A DNA stretch of 64,000 nucleotides. Origin: Marinifilaceae bacterium (GTDB lineage: Bacteria > Bacteroidota > Bacteroidia > Bacteroidales > Marinifilaceae). Below are positions 1-9,959 of the stretch, piece after piece. Position 1 is the first letter of the stretch, and each line of letters begins with the position of its first letter. Position numbers and translations under genes: made by a program. The stretch is taken from assembly GCA_017936285.1 (NCBI GenBank), contig JAGBFU010000082.1, positions 66,650 to 130,649 of the forward strand. Direction: 5' to 3'. The notes under the pieces were generated by a model. The model saw only the letters and a program-made list of their open reading frames with translations, ran no database searches and was not told the DNA's origin.

Positions 1-1
1 T

Positions 2-934
2 GAAAAGTGCGAGGTACTTGATATGCCACAACACAAACGCTGGATTCTTCAAGCCAACCACTACGACACAACTATGCTACGCAACTCTATTGCACAATGG
101 ATGGGCCACAGATTGTGCGATTTTCAGTACAATCCAAGAAGCCAATTTGTTGAGTTAATACTTAACGGAGAGTATCTTGGAACCTACCAACTCATTGAAC
201 ACATCAGACAGAGTACAAACAGAGTTGAAGATGGATATGTAATTGAATTTGACAACAAGTTTGCCGAAGATGACATTGTCTTTAAAACACCAATAAAAGA
301 GGTGGATGTCAATATTAAAGATCCTGATATCGAGAAAGATAGTCCGGAGTTTAACCATATTAAATTGATTATTGACTCGGTTGAAAAGACTCTTTATGGC
401 AATGATCCGTACAATGCCACCAATGGATACTTCCACATTGCCGATAGGGCAACTTTTGCGGATTTCTATCTTGTAAACGAGATTGCAAAAAATGTTGATG
501 CACGCTTCTACTCAAGCTGCTTTGCCAATCTCACCACTGACGACAAACTGTATATGGGACCGCTATGGGACTTTGATATAGGTTTCGGAAACTATGTCTT
601 TGAGAATCCATACACCATAAACGAGCCTACAGGGCTTTATATGCACAAATGTCCCTGGATAGAGATAATGCTCAAAGAGAACGAATTCAAAAAGATTGTT
701 TCAACTCATTTGCAAAGGTATATAGACAATGAGCAGGCAATTTTAGACTATATTGACGAGATAAGCAACAAAATCATAAACTCGGTAATTCTGAACGAAA
801 GAAAATGGAAACTCTACTCCGCAGAGAATGAAGAGATGAGCGACGACGAGATAAAAGAGGCTTACTTTGCTACTGTAAATCGGCTGAAGCAATGGCTGAG
901 CGACAGATTCAAATACCTTGCGACAAAATACTAA
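2..934 (+). CDS. CotH kinase family protein, 5' end truncated by window start
   Basis: The frame is open from base 2. The translation has CotH-like blocks (VELILNGEYLGTYQLIEHI, FYLVNEIAKNVDARFYSS, GPLWDFDIGFGN). Confidence 0.7.
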   Translation, partial: EKCEVLDMPQHKRWILQANHYDTTMLRNSIAQWMGHRLCDFQYNPRSQFVELILNGEYLGTYQLIEHIRQSTNRVEDGYVIEFDNKFAEDDIVFKTPIKEVDVNIKDPDIEKDSPEFNHIKLIIDSVEKTLYGNDPYNATNGYFHIADRATFADFYLVNEIAKNVDARFYSSCFANLTTDDKLYMGPLWDFDIGFGNYVFENPYTINEPTGLYMHKCPWIEIMLKENEFKKIVSTHLQRYIDNEQAILDYIDEISNKIINSVILNERKWKLYSAENEEMSDDEIKEAYFATVNRLKQWLSDRFKYLATKY

Positions 935-1040
935 GGTCCTAGTTTTGAATATATCGGTGATTTTCATTAATTTCGTGCCCTAAATTCAACTAGAACAAAG
1001 AGGATTAACAAACATACACTATTTATAGATTATAAACGAA

Positions 1041-3818
1041 ATGGAGTATAATTTTAAAGAGATTGAGAGTAAATGGCAGAGCTATTGGCGCGAGAATAAG
1101 ACCTACAAGGTAAGTTCTGAATCAGATAAGCCAAAGTTCTATGTATTGGATATGTTCCCATACCCCTCTGGAGCAGGACTTCACGTAGGCCATCCTCTCG
1201 GATACATTGCATCTGATATCTACTCAAGATATAAAAGATTAAAAGGGTTCAATGTGCTTCACCCTATGGGTTATGATGCATATGGACTTCCTGCAGAGCA
1301 GTATGCAATCCAAACCGGACAGCACCCTGCAATCACTACAGATAAGAATATTGCCCGTTATCGCGAGCAGCTGGACAAGATAGGATTCTCTTTTGATTGG
1401 GACAGAGAGGTTAAAACCTGCGATCCAAAATACTACAAGTGGACACAATGGACATTTATCCAGATGTTTAACCACTGGTTCAATAAAGATACCCAAAAAG
1501 CTGAAACAATTGAATCTTTGGTAGCAACCATAGCCAAAGAGGGAAATGCCGGAATCAACGCCGCATGTTCACAGGACACCCCTGCAATCTCTGCAGAGGA
1601 GTGGAACAATATGTCACAGAACGAACAACAGCAGTTCCTGTTAAACTACAGACTGGCATACCTTGCTGATGCTGTTGTAAATTGGTGTCCAAAATTGGGT
1701 ACAGTGCTTGCAAATGACGAGGTAAAGGATGGATTGTCTGTACGCGGAGGTTACCCCGTAGTTCAGAAAACCATGCGCCAATGGTCATTAAGAGTCTCTG
1801 CATATGCACAAAGACTACTTGACGGATTGGAGAAGATTGATTGGTCTGACTCATTGAAGGATATCCAGCGTAACTGGATTGGCCGCTCATTGGGAACAGA
1901 GATGATCTTCAATGTTAAAGATTCGGATGTTAAGCTGGAGATATTTACAACTCGTGCCGACACTGTATATGGAGTCTCATTCATGGTTCTGGCTCCAGAA
2001 AGCGACTACGTCAAACAGCTGACAACCCCTGATCAGGCAGATGCAGTCAAGGAGTACCTTGACTACGTTGCTAAAAGAACCGAGCGCGAGCGTCAGAGCG
2101 AGGTAAAGACTGTAACTGGAGTATTTACAGGATCATACGCTATTAACCCTCTTACCAACGAAGAGATTCCTGTATGGATTAGTGAGTATGTACTTGCCGG
2201 TTACGGAACAGGAGCCATTATGGCCGTCCCTGCCCATGACAGTCGCGACTACGCTTTTGCCAGAAAATTCAACCTGCCGATTATCCCGGTTGTAGATAAT
2301 GGTGGTGAGATTGACCTCTCTGAAAGCTCATACGATGCTAAAGAGGGAAAGATGATCAATAGCGGTGATTTGAACGGCATGGATGTCAAAGATGCTATCA
2401 AATACACTGCTGAGAAGGTTGAAAAAATGGGTATCGGTAAGATTAAAATCAACTACCGTCTTCGTGATGCTATCTTCAGCCGCCAAAGATATTGGGGAGA
2501 GCCATTCCCTGTTTATTACAAGGATAATCTTCCTTATATGCTTGATGAGAATAAACTGCCACTTACACTACCAGAGATTGACAAATATCTGCCTACCGAG
2601 AGTGGAGAGCCACCATTGGGACGAGCAAAGGGATGGACTACCGAGGAGGGATACCAGCTTGAATTGAACACAATGCCTGGATTTGCAGGTTCATCTGCAT
2701 ACTTCTTACGCTATATGGATCCTGAGAATGACAATGCTCTTGTAAGCAAAGAGGCAAACGAGTATTGGAGAAATGTAGATCTTTACCTTGGAGGAGCCGA
2801 GCATGCCACAGGCCACCTGATCTACTCACGATTCTGGAATATGTTCCTATATGATTTGGGAGTTGCCTGCGAGGAGGAGCCATTCAAAAAGCTTATTAAC
2901 CAGGGAATGATTCAGGGACGCTCAAGTTTCGTATACAGAGTACAGGGAACCAATACCTTCGTTTCTGCAGGTTTGAAAGATCAATACGATACCACCGAGA
3001 TTCATGTTCTTGTTGACTTTGTCAAGAATGACATTCTTGACCTGGAGCAGTTCAAGAATTGGATGCCGGAGTTCAACAATGCTGAATTTATCCTGGAGGA
3101 GGATGGCAAATACCACTGCGGACATGCTGTTGAGAAGATGTCAAAATCTATGTTCAATGTGGTTAATCCAGATAATGTAATCGAGGAGTTTGGTGCAGAT
3201 ACACTTCGTCTGTACGAGATGTTCCTCGGACCATTAGAGGCTCACAAACCATGGGATACCAAGGGTATTGACGGAGTTTATAAGTTCCTTAGAAAATTCT
3301 GGCGTCTGTTCCACAATGGCGAGGAGTTCTGTGTTAGCGATGAAACTCCGACAGCAGATGAGCTCAAGACACTTCACCGCACAATCAAGAAGATTGAGAA
3401 CGATATTGAGACCTTCTCATTCAACACCTCAATTCCTGCATTTATGATATGCACCAACGAATTGAGCGCACTGAAGTGTAATAAACGAGCTATTCTAGAG
3501 CCTCTTGTTATCACTTTAGCCCCATACGCACCACATATTGCTGAGGAGCTATGGCATGCTTTAGGCAATAGAGAGAGTGTTACCATTGCTACATTCCCAA
3601 CATGGGACGAGAAGTATCTGATCGAGGCTTCAAAAGAGTACCCAATCAGCTTCAATGGTAAGGTTCGTTTCAAAATGACCTTCCCTGCAACTGCTACTAA
3701 CCAAGAGATTGAGGAGGCAGTAAAAGCATCTGCCGACACCGCTCGTTGGATTGATGGCAAGAGCATCAAGAAGATGATTATTGTTCCGAACAAAATTGTA
3801 AACGTAGTTATCGGATAG
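1041..3818 (+). CDS. leuS: leucine--tRNA ligase
   Basis: 925-aa ORF with a class I HIGH-type motif ([10 protein letters not shown]) and KMSKS ([10 protein letters not shown]). Length and domain order match LeuRS. Confidence 0.97.
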   Translation: MEYNFKEIESKWQSYWRENKTYKVSSESDKPKFYVLDMFPYPSGAGLHVGHPLGYIASDIYSRYKRLKGFNVLHPMGYDAYGLPAEQYAIQTGQHPAITTDKNIARYREQLDKIGFSFDWDREVKTCDPKYYKWTQWTFIQMFNHWFNKDTQKAETIESLVATIAKEGNAGINAACSQDTPAISAEEWNNMSQNEQQQFLLNYRLAYLADAVVNWCPKLGTVLANDEVKDGLSVRGGYPVVQKTMRQWSLRVSAYAQRLLDGLEKIDWSDSLKDIQRNWIGRSLGTEMIFNVKDSDVKLEIFTTRADTVYGVSFMVLAPESDYVKQLTTPDQADAVKEYLDYVAKRTERERQSEVKTVTGVFTGSYAINPLTNEEIPVWISEYVLAGYGTGAIMAVPAHDSRDYAFARKFNLPIIPVVDNGGEIDLSESSYDAKEGKMINSGDLNGMDVKDAIKYTAEKVEKMGIGKIKINYRLRDAIFSRQRYWGEPFPVYYKDNLPYMLDENKLPLTLPEIDKYLPTESGEPPLGRAKGWTTEEGYQLELNTMPGFAGSSAYFLRYMDPENDNALVSKEANEYWRNVDLYLGGAEHATGHLIYSRFWNMFLYDLGVACEEEPFKKLINQGMIQGRSSFVYRVQGTNTFVSAGLKDQYDTTEIHVLVDFVKNDILDLEQFKNWMPEFNNAEFILEEDGKYHCGHAVEKMSKSMFNVVNPDNVIEEFGADTLRLYEMFLGPLEAHKPWDTKGIDGVYKFLRKFWRLFHNGEEFCVSDETPTADELKTLHRTIKKIENDIETFSFNTSIPAFMICTNELSALKCNKRAILEPLVITLAPYAPHIAEELWHALGNRESVTIATFPTWDEKYLIEASKEYPISFNGKVRFKMTFPATATNQEIEEAVKASADTARWIDGKSIKKMIIVPNKIVNVVIG

Positions 3819-3820
3819 AT

Positions 3821-4222
3821 ATGAAATCGATGATAAGGATAATGTTTGTTGTTGCGACTCTATTCTCACTGGTCGCAACAACCATTATTCCTCATCATCA
3901 CCACAATGATGGCGAGACAATTTGCTCTTGCCAACATCAAGAATGTTGCCATGAGTGCCAGGAGAGTTGCCAGCACAATGAAGAGAACGATTGTTCTAAC
4001 TGCACCTGCAATACTAAAGTAAATATCGAGCAAACCAACCTTATAGCAAAGAGTTCCGTTCTGCAACTTGCTACAGATGTCATCATATCCGAGTGTTGGC
4101 CTCCTGCCAATATTGATTTAGAGAATTTCTATAGTGAACAGGGAAATTATCCGCCAAATACAATTTCTAAATATATTGTTTATCTGAAGGGGATAACACT
4201 TCGTGCTCCACCGCAATTTTAA
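3821..4222 (+). CDS. small N-terminally anchored His/Cys-rich protein (putative metal-binding accessory protein of the downstream efflux pump)
   Basis: 133-aa ORF starting 2 nt after the leuS stop. A hydrophobic N-terminus is followed by HHHHNDGETICSCQHQECCHECQESCQHNEENDCSNCTC (7 His and 9 Cys in 39 residues). Confidence 0.6.
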   Translation: MKSMIRIMFVVATLFSLVATTIIPHHHHNDGETICSCQHQECCHECQESCQHNEENDCSNCTCNTKVNIEQTNLIAKSSVLQLATDVIISECWPPANIDLENFYSEQGNYPPNTISKYIVYLKGITLRAPPQF

Positions 4223-4303
4223 CTCTTTTATTGGATCAGAAAAAATACGTCATATATGCAATGACGTCAACCATATTATAAAGATTCTTAAAATTGCATT
4301 ATC

Positions 4304-5512
4304 ATGAATTTCAGAATATTCACAATTGCTGTAGCCATTTGCTACACACTGCTTGGTTGCAAGGGTAATACACACAACCACGACTCACATGAGCATGAAC
4401 ATGCTCACGAGCACGAACAACACAATCACGACCACAATCATGAACACGAGCATGAACACGAGCATGAACATTCTCATGAGCAGAGCGACGTAATCAATTT
4501 CACATGTGAACAGGCAGAACTGATAGGTCTTACAACAGAGACCATCAAGGCAGGAGAGTTTACCGATGCTTTTAAAGTTGGAGGAAAAATAGTAAGCGCT
4601 CCCGGTGATGCAACTGTAATCGTCGCAAGATCGAGTGGTACCATAAACTTCATCGATACCCATATCAGCGAGGGAATGAAAGTTACAAAAGGCTCCCCAA
4701 TCATGCAGATTACTCCTGCCGGAACAATTGACGGTAATCCTATTGCTAAAGCCGAGAATGAGTACAAGGCCTCTCTTGCAGATTATAACCGAGCAAAGGA
4801 GCTTGTGAAGGATCAGATAATATCGCAACGTGAATATGAGCAGTGTGAACAACGATTCCTTGACGCGCTTAATGCATATAATGATCTGAAGGACGAACAT
4901 GCAGATGGGAATGTAAATGTAACCTCGCCAATAAATGGCTATATTACAGAGATATTGGTAGATGAAGGAGACTATATAGAAGCAGGTACAATACTTGGAA
5001 AAGTATCGCAGAATAACTCTCTTCAAATTATAGCCGATGTAACCGAGAAGAACTATTCACGTCTGAAAAAAATAAAGAGTGCAAACTTCAAAGTGAGTTA
5101 TAGTCCAAAACTCTTCAAACTATCAGAATTGCAGGGTAAACTGGTTTCATACGGAAGAAACATTGAGACAGATTACGCCTTTATTCACACAACATTCGAG
5201 TTTGATAACACAGGGGAGCTAATCCCGGGCAGCTACGCTGAGATATATCTACTGGCAGAGTCACAGCCCAACACAATCTCGGTACCGGTATCAGCACTAC
5301 TTGAGGAGCAAGGACTCTACTTTGTCTACATAATGACCGGACACGACCAGTATAAAAAAGTTCAGGTTGAGACAGGTGGCAATAACGGAGAGCGTATAGA
5401 GATTCTCAAAGGATTAAAGAACGATGAGATTGTCGTGACCAAAGGTGTCTACAATCTGAAACTTGCCGAAAAGGCTTCGATAATTCCTGAAGGCCACAGC
5501 CATAATCACTAA
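4304..5512 (+). CDS. efflux RND periplasmic adaptor subunit (CzcB/CusB-like lipoprotein) with a poly-His/Glu N-terminal tract
   Basis: Lipobox LLGC is followed by 17 His in about 40 residues (HDSHEHEHAHEHEQHNHDHNHEHEHEHEHEHSHE). It has an MFP-type barrel-sandwich/hairpin body and a His-rich C-terminus (EGHSHNH). The gene sits directly upstream of the RND permease. Confidence 0.88.
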   Translation: MNFRIFTIAVAICYTLLGCKGNTHNHDSHEHEHAHEHEQHNHDHNHEHEHEHEHEHSHEQSDVINFTCEQAELIGLTTETIKAGEFTDAFKVGGKIVSAPGDATVIVARSSGTINFIDTHISEGMKVTKGSPIMQITPAGTIDGNPIAKAENEYKASLADYNRAKELVKDQIISQREYEQCEQRFLDALNAYNDLKDEHADGNVNVTSPINGYITEILVDEGDYIEAGTILGKVSQNNSLQIIADVTEKNYSRLKKIKSANFKVSYSPKLFKLSELQGKLVSYGRNIETDYAFIHTTFEFDNTGELIPGSYAEIYLLAESQPNTISVPVSALLEEQGLYFVYIMTGHDQYKKVQVETGGNNGERIEILKGLKNDEIVVTKGVYNLKLAEKASIIPEGHSHNH

Positions 5513-5523
5513 TATCGAGAGCT

Positions 5524-8500
5524 ATGCTGAATAGAATTATAAAATTCGCTTTGAATAACAGATTGGTTATTCTTGCGATATCACTTCTGCTATTGGGCAT
5601 CGGTACATACACGGCCTTCAACATGGAGGTTGATGTCTTTCCCGATCTCAATGCCCCACGTGTCGCCGTTATGACAGAGGCAAAAGGAATGGCTCCTGAA
5701 GAGGTTGAGCGTCTAGTAACCTTCCCTATTGAAACAGCGGTAAACGGAGCGACAAATGTACGACGTGTACGTTCGTCATCGACTACAGGATTCTCTATTG
5801 TATGGGTTGAGTTTGATTGGGGAACAGACGTATACCGTGCCAGACAAATAGTATCGGAGAAACTCTCATTGGTGGGCGAGGAGCTGCCCGACTACATCGG
5901 GAAACCGGTGATGGGGCCTCAATCATCTATATTGGGCGAGGTTATGATTATCGGTCTGACCTCCGATTCAACATCACTAATGGATCTTCGCACCTATGCT
6001 GACTGGACCATTCGCCCACAACTGCTTGCCACAGGAGGCGTAGCTCAGGTTGCTGTGTTGGGTGGCGATGTCAAAGAGTTCCAGATACTACTCCGTCCCG
6101 AATTGATGAAACACCATAACGTAACTCTCGATGGAGTTATGGCAGCTATTGATGGTATGAACACAAACTCATCCGGAGGTACTCTGTATGAGTATGGTAA
6201 CGAGTACCTGATTCGAGGCGAGGTTTCAACCACAAACATTGATGAACTTGGTAAAAATCCAATCATTACTGAAGGTGGCAATGTGGTTCTTCTGGAGCAA
6301 ATTGCCAATATCACCATTGGAGGCGAGAGACCGCAAACCGGTCTTGCTTCAAATCGCGGTAAGGCAGCTGTACTGCTAACTGTAACCAAACAGCCTAACA
6401 CTGGAACAATAGCGTTGACCGACCAGATTCTTGAGCGACTGGAAAAAATTAAAGGTACACTGCCTGCCGATATCAAAATAGATACCGAAATTTTCCGTCA
6501 ATCATACTTTATTCAAAACTCGATAGACAATATCCAAAAGGCCCTGCTCGAGGGAGGTATATTCGTTGTTATTGTTCTATTTATATTCCTAATGAATGGC
6601 AGAACAACAATAATCTCGCTTATAACTATTCCCCTTTCGCTCCTTATCACCATTTTGGTGATAAAAGCTATGGGCATGACAATCAACACCATGAGCATTG
6701 GAGGAATGGCCATCGCTATCGGATCTTTGGTTGACGATGCCATTGTTGATGTTGAAAATGTATATAAACGCCTCCGCGAAAACCGAATGAAGAGTACCGA
6801 AGAACGCAAGAGTGTATTATCGGTTGTTTACGAGGCCTCAAAAGAGGTTCGTCTGCCTATTCTGAACTCTACATTCATCATAGTTGCCAGTTTTGTTCCG
6901 CTATTCTTCCTATCGGGAATGGAGGGCAGAATGTTGGAGCCTCTTGGAATTGCATTTATTGTTTCGCTCTTTGCCTCTACCGGTGTTGCTCTTACCCTGA
7001 CCCCTGTACTTTGCAGTTATCTCCTTGGTAAAGATATCAGCGATAAAGTCGAGAAAGAGCCAGTTATTGCATCAGCTATCAAAGGCATTTATATGAGGAG
7101 TCTTGATTTTGTGCTGAATCACAAAAAAGGAGTTCTATCTGTAACTGCTACACTATTCATTGTAGCGCTCGCCCTATTCTTTACATTTGGACGCAACTTC
7201 CTGCCTCCTTTCAATGAGGGGTCTTTCACTATCAATATCAGCACATTACCAGGAATATCACTTGAAGAGTCGGATAAGATTGGACGAGAGGCAGAAAAGT
7301 TATTACTTACTATCCCGGAGATCAAAACTGTTGCAAGAAAGACAGGAAGAGCTGAGTTAGACGAACATGCTCTTGGAGTAAATATGTCAGAGATTGAGGC
7401 TCCATTTGAACTGAAAGAGCGAAGCAAAGAGGAGGTTATGGCTGAGATTCGTGAAAAGATCAAACTTCTTCCCGGGGTTAATCTTGAGATTGGTCAACCC
7501 ATATCGCACAGAATAGACGCAATGCTATCGGGGACTCAATCCAGTATAGCAATAAAACTATTCGGTAGCGATCTGACCACCATGTTTACTCTTGGCAATC
7601 AAATCAAACAGGCAATTGCCCATGTTGAGGGTATTGGAGACTTGAATGTAGAGCAACAGATTGAGCGTCCACAACTTGTCATCAAACCTAAACGTGAAAT
7701 GCTTGCAAAATATGGTATCTCGCTTTCACAATTTGCTGACTATGTCAATGTATTGCTTGCCGGTGAAAGTGTATCACAGGTTTACGAAGGTAATCGTTCA
7801 TTCAATCTCACTGTCAAGGTAGATAACCCGGAACGTGCTACTATCGAGAATATCAAGGGAATTTTTGTTGATGGCGCAAATGGAGTTAAGGTTCCATTTG
7901 AGCAGATTGCAACCATTCAGATTGCTGATGGACCGAACACTATCAATCGCGAGAATGTAGAGAGAAAAATTGTTATCTCTGCCAATGCCTCAGGACGGGA
8001 TGTAGGTAGCGTTGTAAAGGATATTCAGAATATTGTAGAGGCTGAAATCACTCTGCCCGAAGATTATCGTATTGAGTATGGAGGTCAGTTCGAAAGCGAG
8101 AGAGCTGCATCGAAGATTCTGTTAATCTCGTCAATATTCTCTATACTGGTTATTTTTATGTTACTCTACAACCAATTCAAGAACTTTACCCAGGCAGGAC
8201 TGGTTCTGTTAAATCTGCCATTGGCCCTGATTGGAGGAGTATTTGCAATTTGGTTTACAGACAAAATTATAAGCATCCCTGCCATTATTGGTTTTATATC
8301 GCTATTTGGTATTGCTACCAGAAATGGAATGTTGCTTATTGAACGATTCAACGAGTTGCAAAATGAGGGAGTATCGCTAATAAAAGCAGTTAAAATGGGA
8401 TGCGCAGACCGATTGGCTCCAATTCTTATGACAGCCCTGACATCAGCACTCGGACTGCTTCCATTAGCACTTGGAGGCGAACTACCCGGCAATGAGATTC

Positions 8501-8634
8501 AAAGTCCAATGGCAAAAGTTCTGCTTGGCGGTCTGCTAAGTTCAACTCTTCTAAACGGATTTGTTGTACCAATAAGCTATATATTTGTTTCAAAAAGAGG
8601 TAGAAAGGAGGATAAAGATGAGATTTCTGAATAA
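5524..8634 (+). CDS. CusA/CzcA family heavy-metal efflux RND permease
   Basis: 1036-aa 12-TM RND protein. The N-terminus (IIKFALNNRLVILAISLLLLGIGTY..DVFPDLNAPRV) and overall layout are typical of the HME-RND family. Confidence 0.92.
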   Translation: MLNRIIKFALNNRLVILAISLLLLGIGTYTAFNMEVDVFPDLNAPRVAVMTEAKGMAPEEVERLVTFPIETAVNGATNVRRVRSSSTTGFSIVWVEFDWGTDVYRARQIVSEKLSLVGEELPDYIGKPVMGPQSSILGEVMIIGLTSDSTSLMDLRTYADWTIRPQLLATGGVAQVAVLGGDVKEFQILLRPELMKHHNVTLDGVMAAIDGMNTNSSGGTLYEYGNEYLIRGEVSTTNIDELGKNPIITEGGNVVLLEQIANITIGGERPQTGLASNRGKAAVLLTVTKQPNTGTIALTDQILERLEKIKGTLPADIKIDTEIFRQSYFIQNSIDNIQKALLEGGIFVVIVLFIFLMNGRTTIISLITIPLSLLITILVIKAMGMTINTMSIGGMAIAIGSLVDDAIVDVENVYKRLRENRMKSTEERKSVLSVVYEASKEVRLPILNSTFIIVASFVPLFFLSGMEGRMLEPLGIAFIVSLFASTGVALTLTPVLCSYLLGKDISDKVEKEPVIASAIKGIYMRSLDFVLNHKKGVLSVTATLFIVALALFFTFGRNFLPPFNEGSFTINISTLPGISLEESDKIGREAEKLLLTIPEIKTVARKTGRAELDEHALGVNMSEIEAPFELKERSKEEVMAEIREKIKLLPGVNLEIGQPISHRIDAMLSGTQSSIAIKLFGSDLTTMFTLGNQIKQAIAHVEGIGDLNVEQQIERPQLVIKPKREMLAKYGISLSQFADYVNVLLAGESVSQVYEGNRSFNLTVKVDNPERATIENIKGIFVDGANGVKVPFEQIATIQIADGPNTINRENVERKIVISANASGRDVGSVVKDIQNIVEAEITLPEDYRIEYGGQFESERAASKILLISSIFSILVIFMLLYNQFKNFTQAGLVLLNLPLALIGGVFAIWFTDKIISIPAIIGFISLFGIATRNGMLLIERFNELQNEGVSLIKAVKMGCADRLAPILMTALTSALGLLPLALGGELPGNEIQSPMAKVLLGGLLSSTLLNGFVVPISYIFVSKRGRKEDKDEISE

Positions 8635-9814
8635 AATAGTAACAACAGCTTTACTTTGCCTTGCTCTGTTTGGTACAGAGGGTATCTATGCTCAGGATAG
8701 TGACGCTATACTTAAAAGCATCGAACAGAATAATCTGCTACTGCAGGCCTACAGAGCAGAGACCGATGCTGAGATGCTGGAGAACCGTACAGGTATTACC
8801 CTATCAAACCCAGAGGTCGGATTTAACTACTTATGGCTTCCCCCTGCTGAGGGCAATACCCGGCAGGACATAAACGTTAGTCAGGCATTTGATATTGCAA
8901 CAATATCGGGTATACGTAAAAAACTGGCAGGCAAAAGCAATGAGATTCTTGAAGAGGAGTATCGCGAAGAGAGAATTGCGACACTACTATCTGCTAAAAT
9001 AACTCTGATAAATCTGACAAGAGTGAATGCGCTCATCAATATTATGGAGCGCAGAGAGGCAGAGGCCAAACAACTTTCAGAGATGTATCAAACCGGAATT
9101 GAAGAGGGGCACTATACCATTATTGAACACAACAAAGCCCTGATTAATGCAATAAACATCAATACAGAGTTGCAAAGTCTGAATATGGAACGACAACAAC
9201 TGCTTACACAATTGCAATTCATGAATGGAGGTATTGCCGTACAATATAACGACACTACATTTGAGAATCTGCTACCTCCAACCAATTTTGATGAGTGGTA
9301 TAACCAAATAGAGGAGCGCCTTCCACTATATGCGGCAGCACGAAAAGCTACGGAGTTGAGTAGCAAGAGTGTCACATTAAGCAAAATGGAGGGTTTACCG
9401 GAAATATCTGCCGGCTATATGAGTGAGGGGCTAAAAAAGGGAGAGAAGGCACATGGTATCACTCTGGGCATATCTATCCCGTTATGGGCTAACAAGAACA
9501 ATATCAAACAGGCCAAAGCTGCAGAGAGGGCAAGTCGTCTTCATGAACAGAGTGTTGAACAACAGCTATATTACACACTCTACTCACAATATGAAAAGTG
9601 CAAAACTTTAAATAGGAATGTAGTACAACTTCGAGAAGGGGTCAATAGTGCCAACCACACATCCAAACTGCACAAAGCATTGATTGTGGGCCAGATATCT
9701 CTAACTGACTACATTGTTGAGATGGAGATGATTTACGATATGTTTACTCAACTATTCACCCTTGAGAGTGAATACCAGACGGCTCTTGCAGAACTACGGG
9801 CGGTAGAGCTGTAA
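8618..9814 (+). CDS. TolC-family outer membrane efflux protein (CzcC-like)
   Basis: The ORF track starts at 8585, but the in-frame ATG at 8618 gives a clean signal peptide (MRFLNKIVTTALLCLALFGTEGIYAQ). That start overlaps the RND stop by 17 nt. The protein has a coiled-coil-rich OMF architecture. Confidence 0.8.
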   Translation: MRFLNKIVTTALLCLALFGTEGIYAQDSDAILKSIEQNNLLLQAYRAETDAEMLENRTGITLSNPEVGFNYLWLPPAEGNTRQDINVSQAFDIATISGIRKKLAGKSNEILEEEYREERIATLLSAKITLINLTRVNALINIMERREAEAKQLSEMYQTGIEEGHYTIIEHNKALINAININTELQSLNMERQQLLTQLQFMNGGIAVQYNDTTFENLLPPTNFDEWYNQIEERLPLYAAARKATELSSKSVTLSKMEGLPEISAGYMSEGLKKGEKAHGITLGISIPLWANKNNIKQAKAAERASRLHEQSVEQQLYYTLYSQYEKCKTLNRNVVQLREGVNSANHTSKLHKALIVGQISLTDYIVEMEMIYDMFTQLFTLESEYQTALAELRAVEL

Positions 9815-9864
9815 AACCTGAATTATTTAGAATCTGTTTAAAATTTAAATAGATTGTTACAAAA

Positions 9865-9901
9865 AAAGAGACTGTCAACTGATTTGTTTGACAGTCTCTT
9901 T
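9865..9901. terminator. bidirectional intrinsic terminator hairpin at a convergent gene junction
   Basis: AAAGAGACTGTCAA / TTGACAGTCTCTTT form a 14-bp stem. It is flanked by an A-run upstream and a T-run downstream. Confidence 0.75.
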
Positions 9902-9909
9902 TATAAACA

Positions 9910-9953
9910 TTGTATAACAACTACTATATTCTGGTCTGTGCTGCCCGAAAGAA
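9910..9953. repeat. diverged partial copy of the left end of the 22316..22434 element
   Basis: The 11-mer TTGTATAACAA is identical at both loci. About 19 of the next 33 positions match in an ungapped hand alignment to 22331..22363. Confidence 0.4.
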
Positions 9954-9959
9954 GAGAAT

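Noticed and set aside
4385-5026. Long antisense ORFs in the track, for example 4385..5026(-), 6045..6476(-), 36791..37306(-), 42763..43326(+) and 46116..46700(-).
   Set aside because: Each lies entirely inside, and opposite to, a gene with strong family motifs. Their translations are low-complexity or Ser/Leu/Ile-rich shadow-frame products with no recognisable motif.
8585-8617. The longer track start for the TolC-like gene. N-terminal extensions were trimmed in the same way for the SPOR (23826), sulfatase (41677) and second S41 (50315) ORFs.
   Set aside because: Internal in-frame ATGs give canonical signal peptides or lipoboxes, or ATGA stop/start coupling. The upstream extensions are not hydrophobic and overlap neighbouring genes or spacers.
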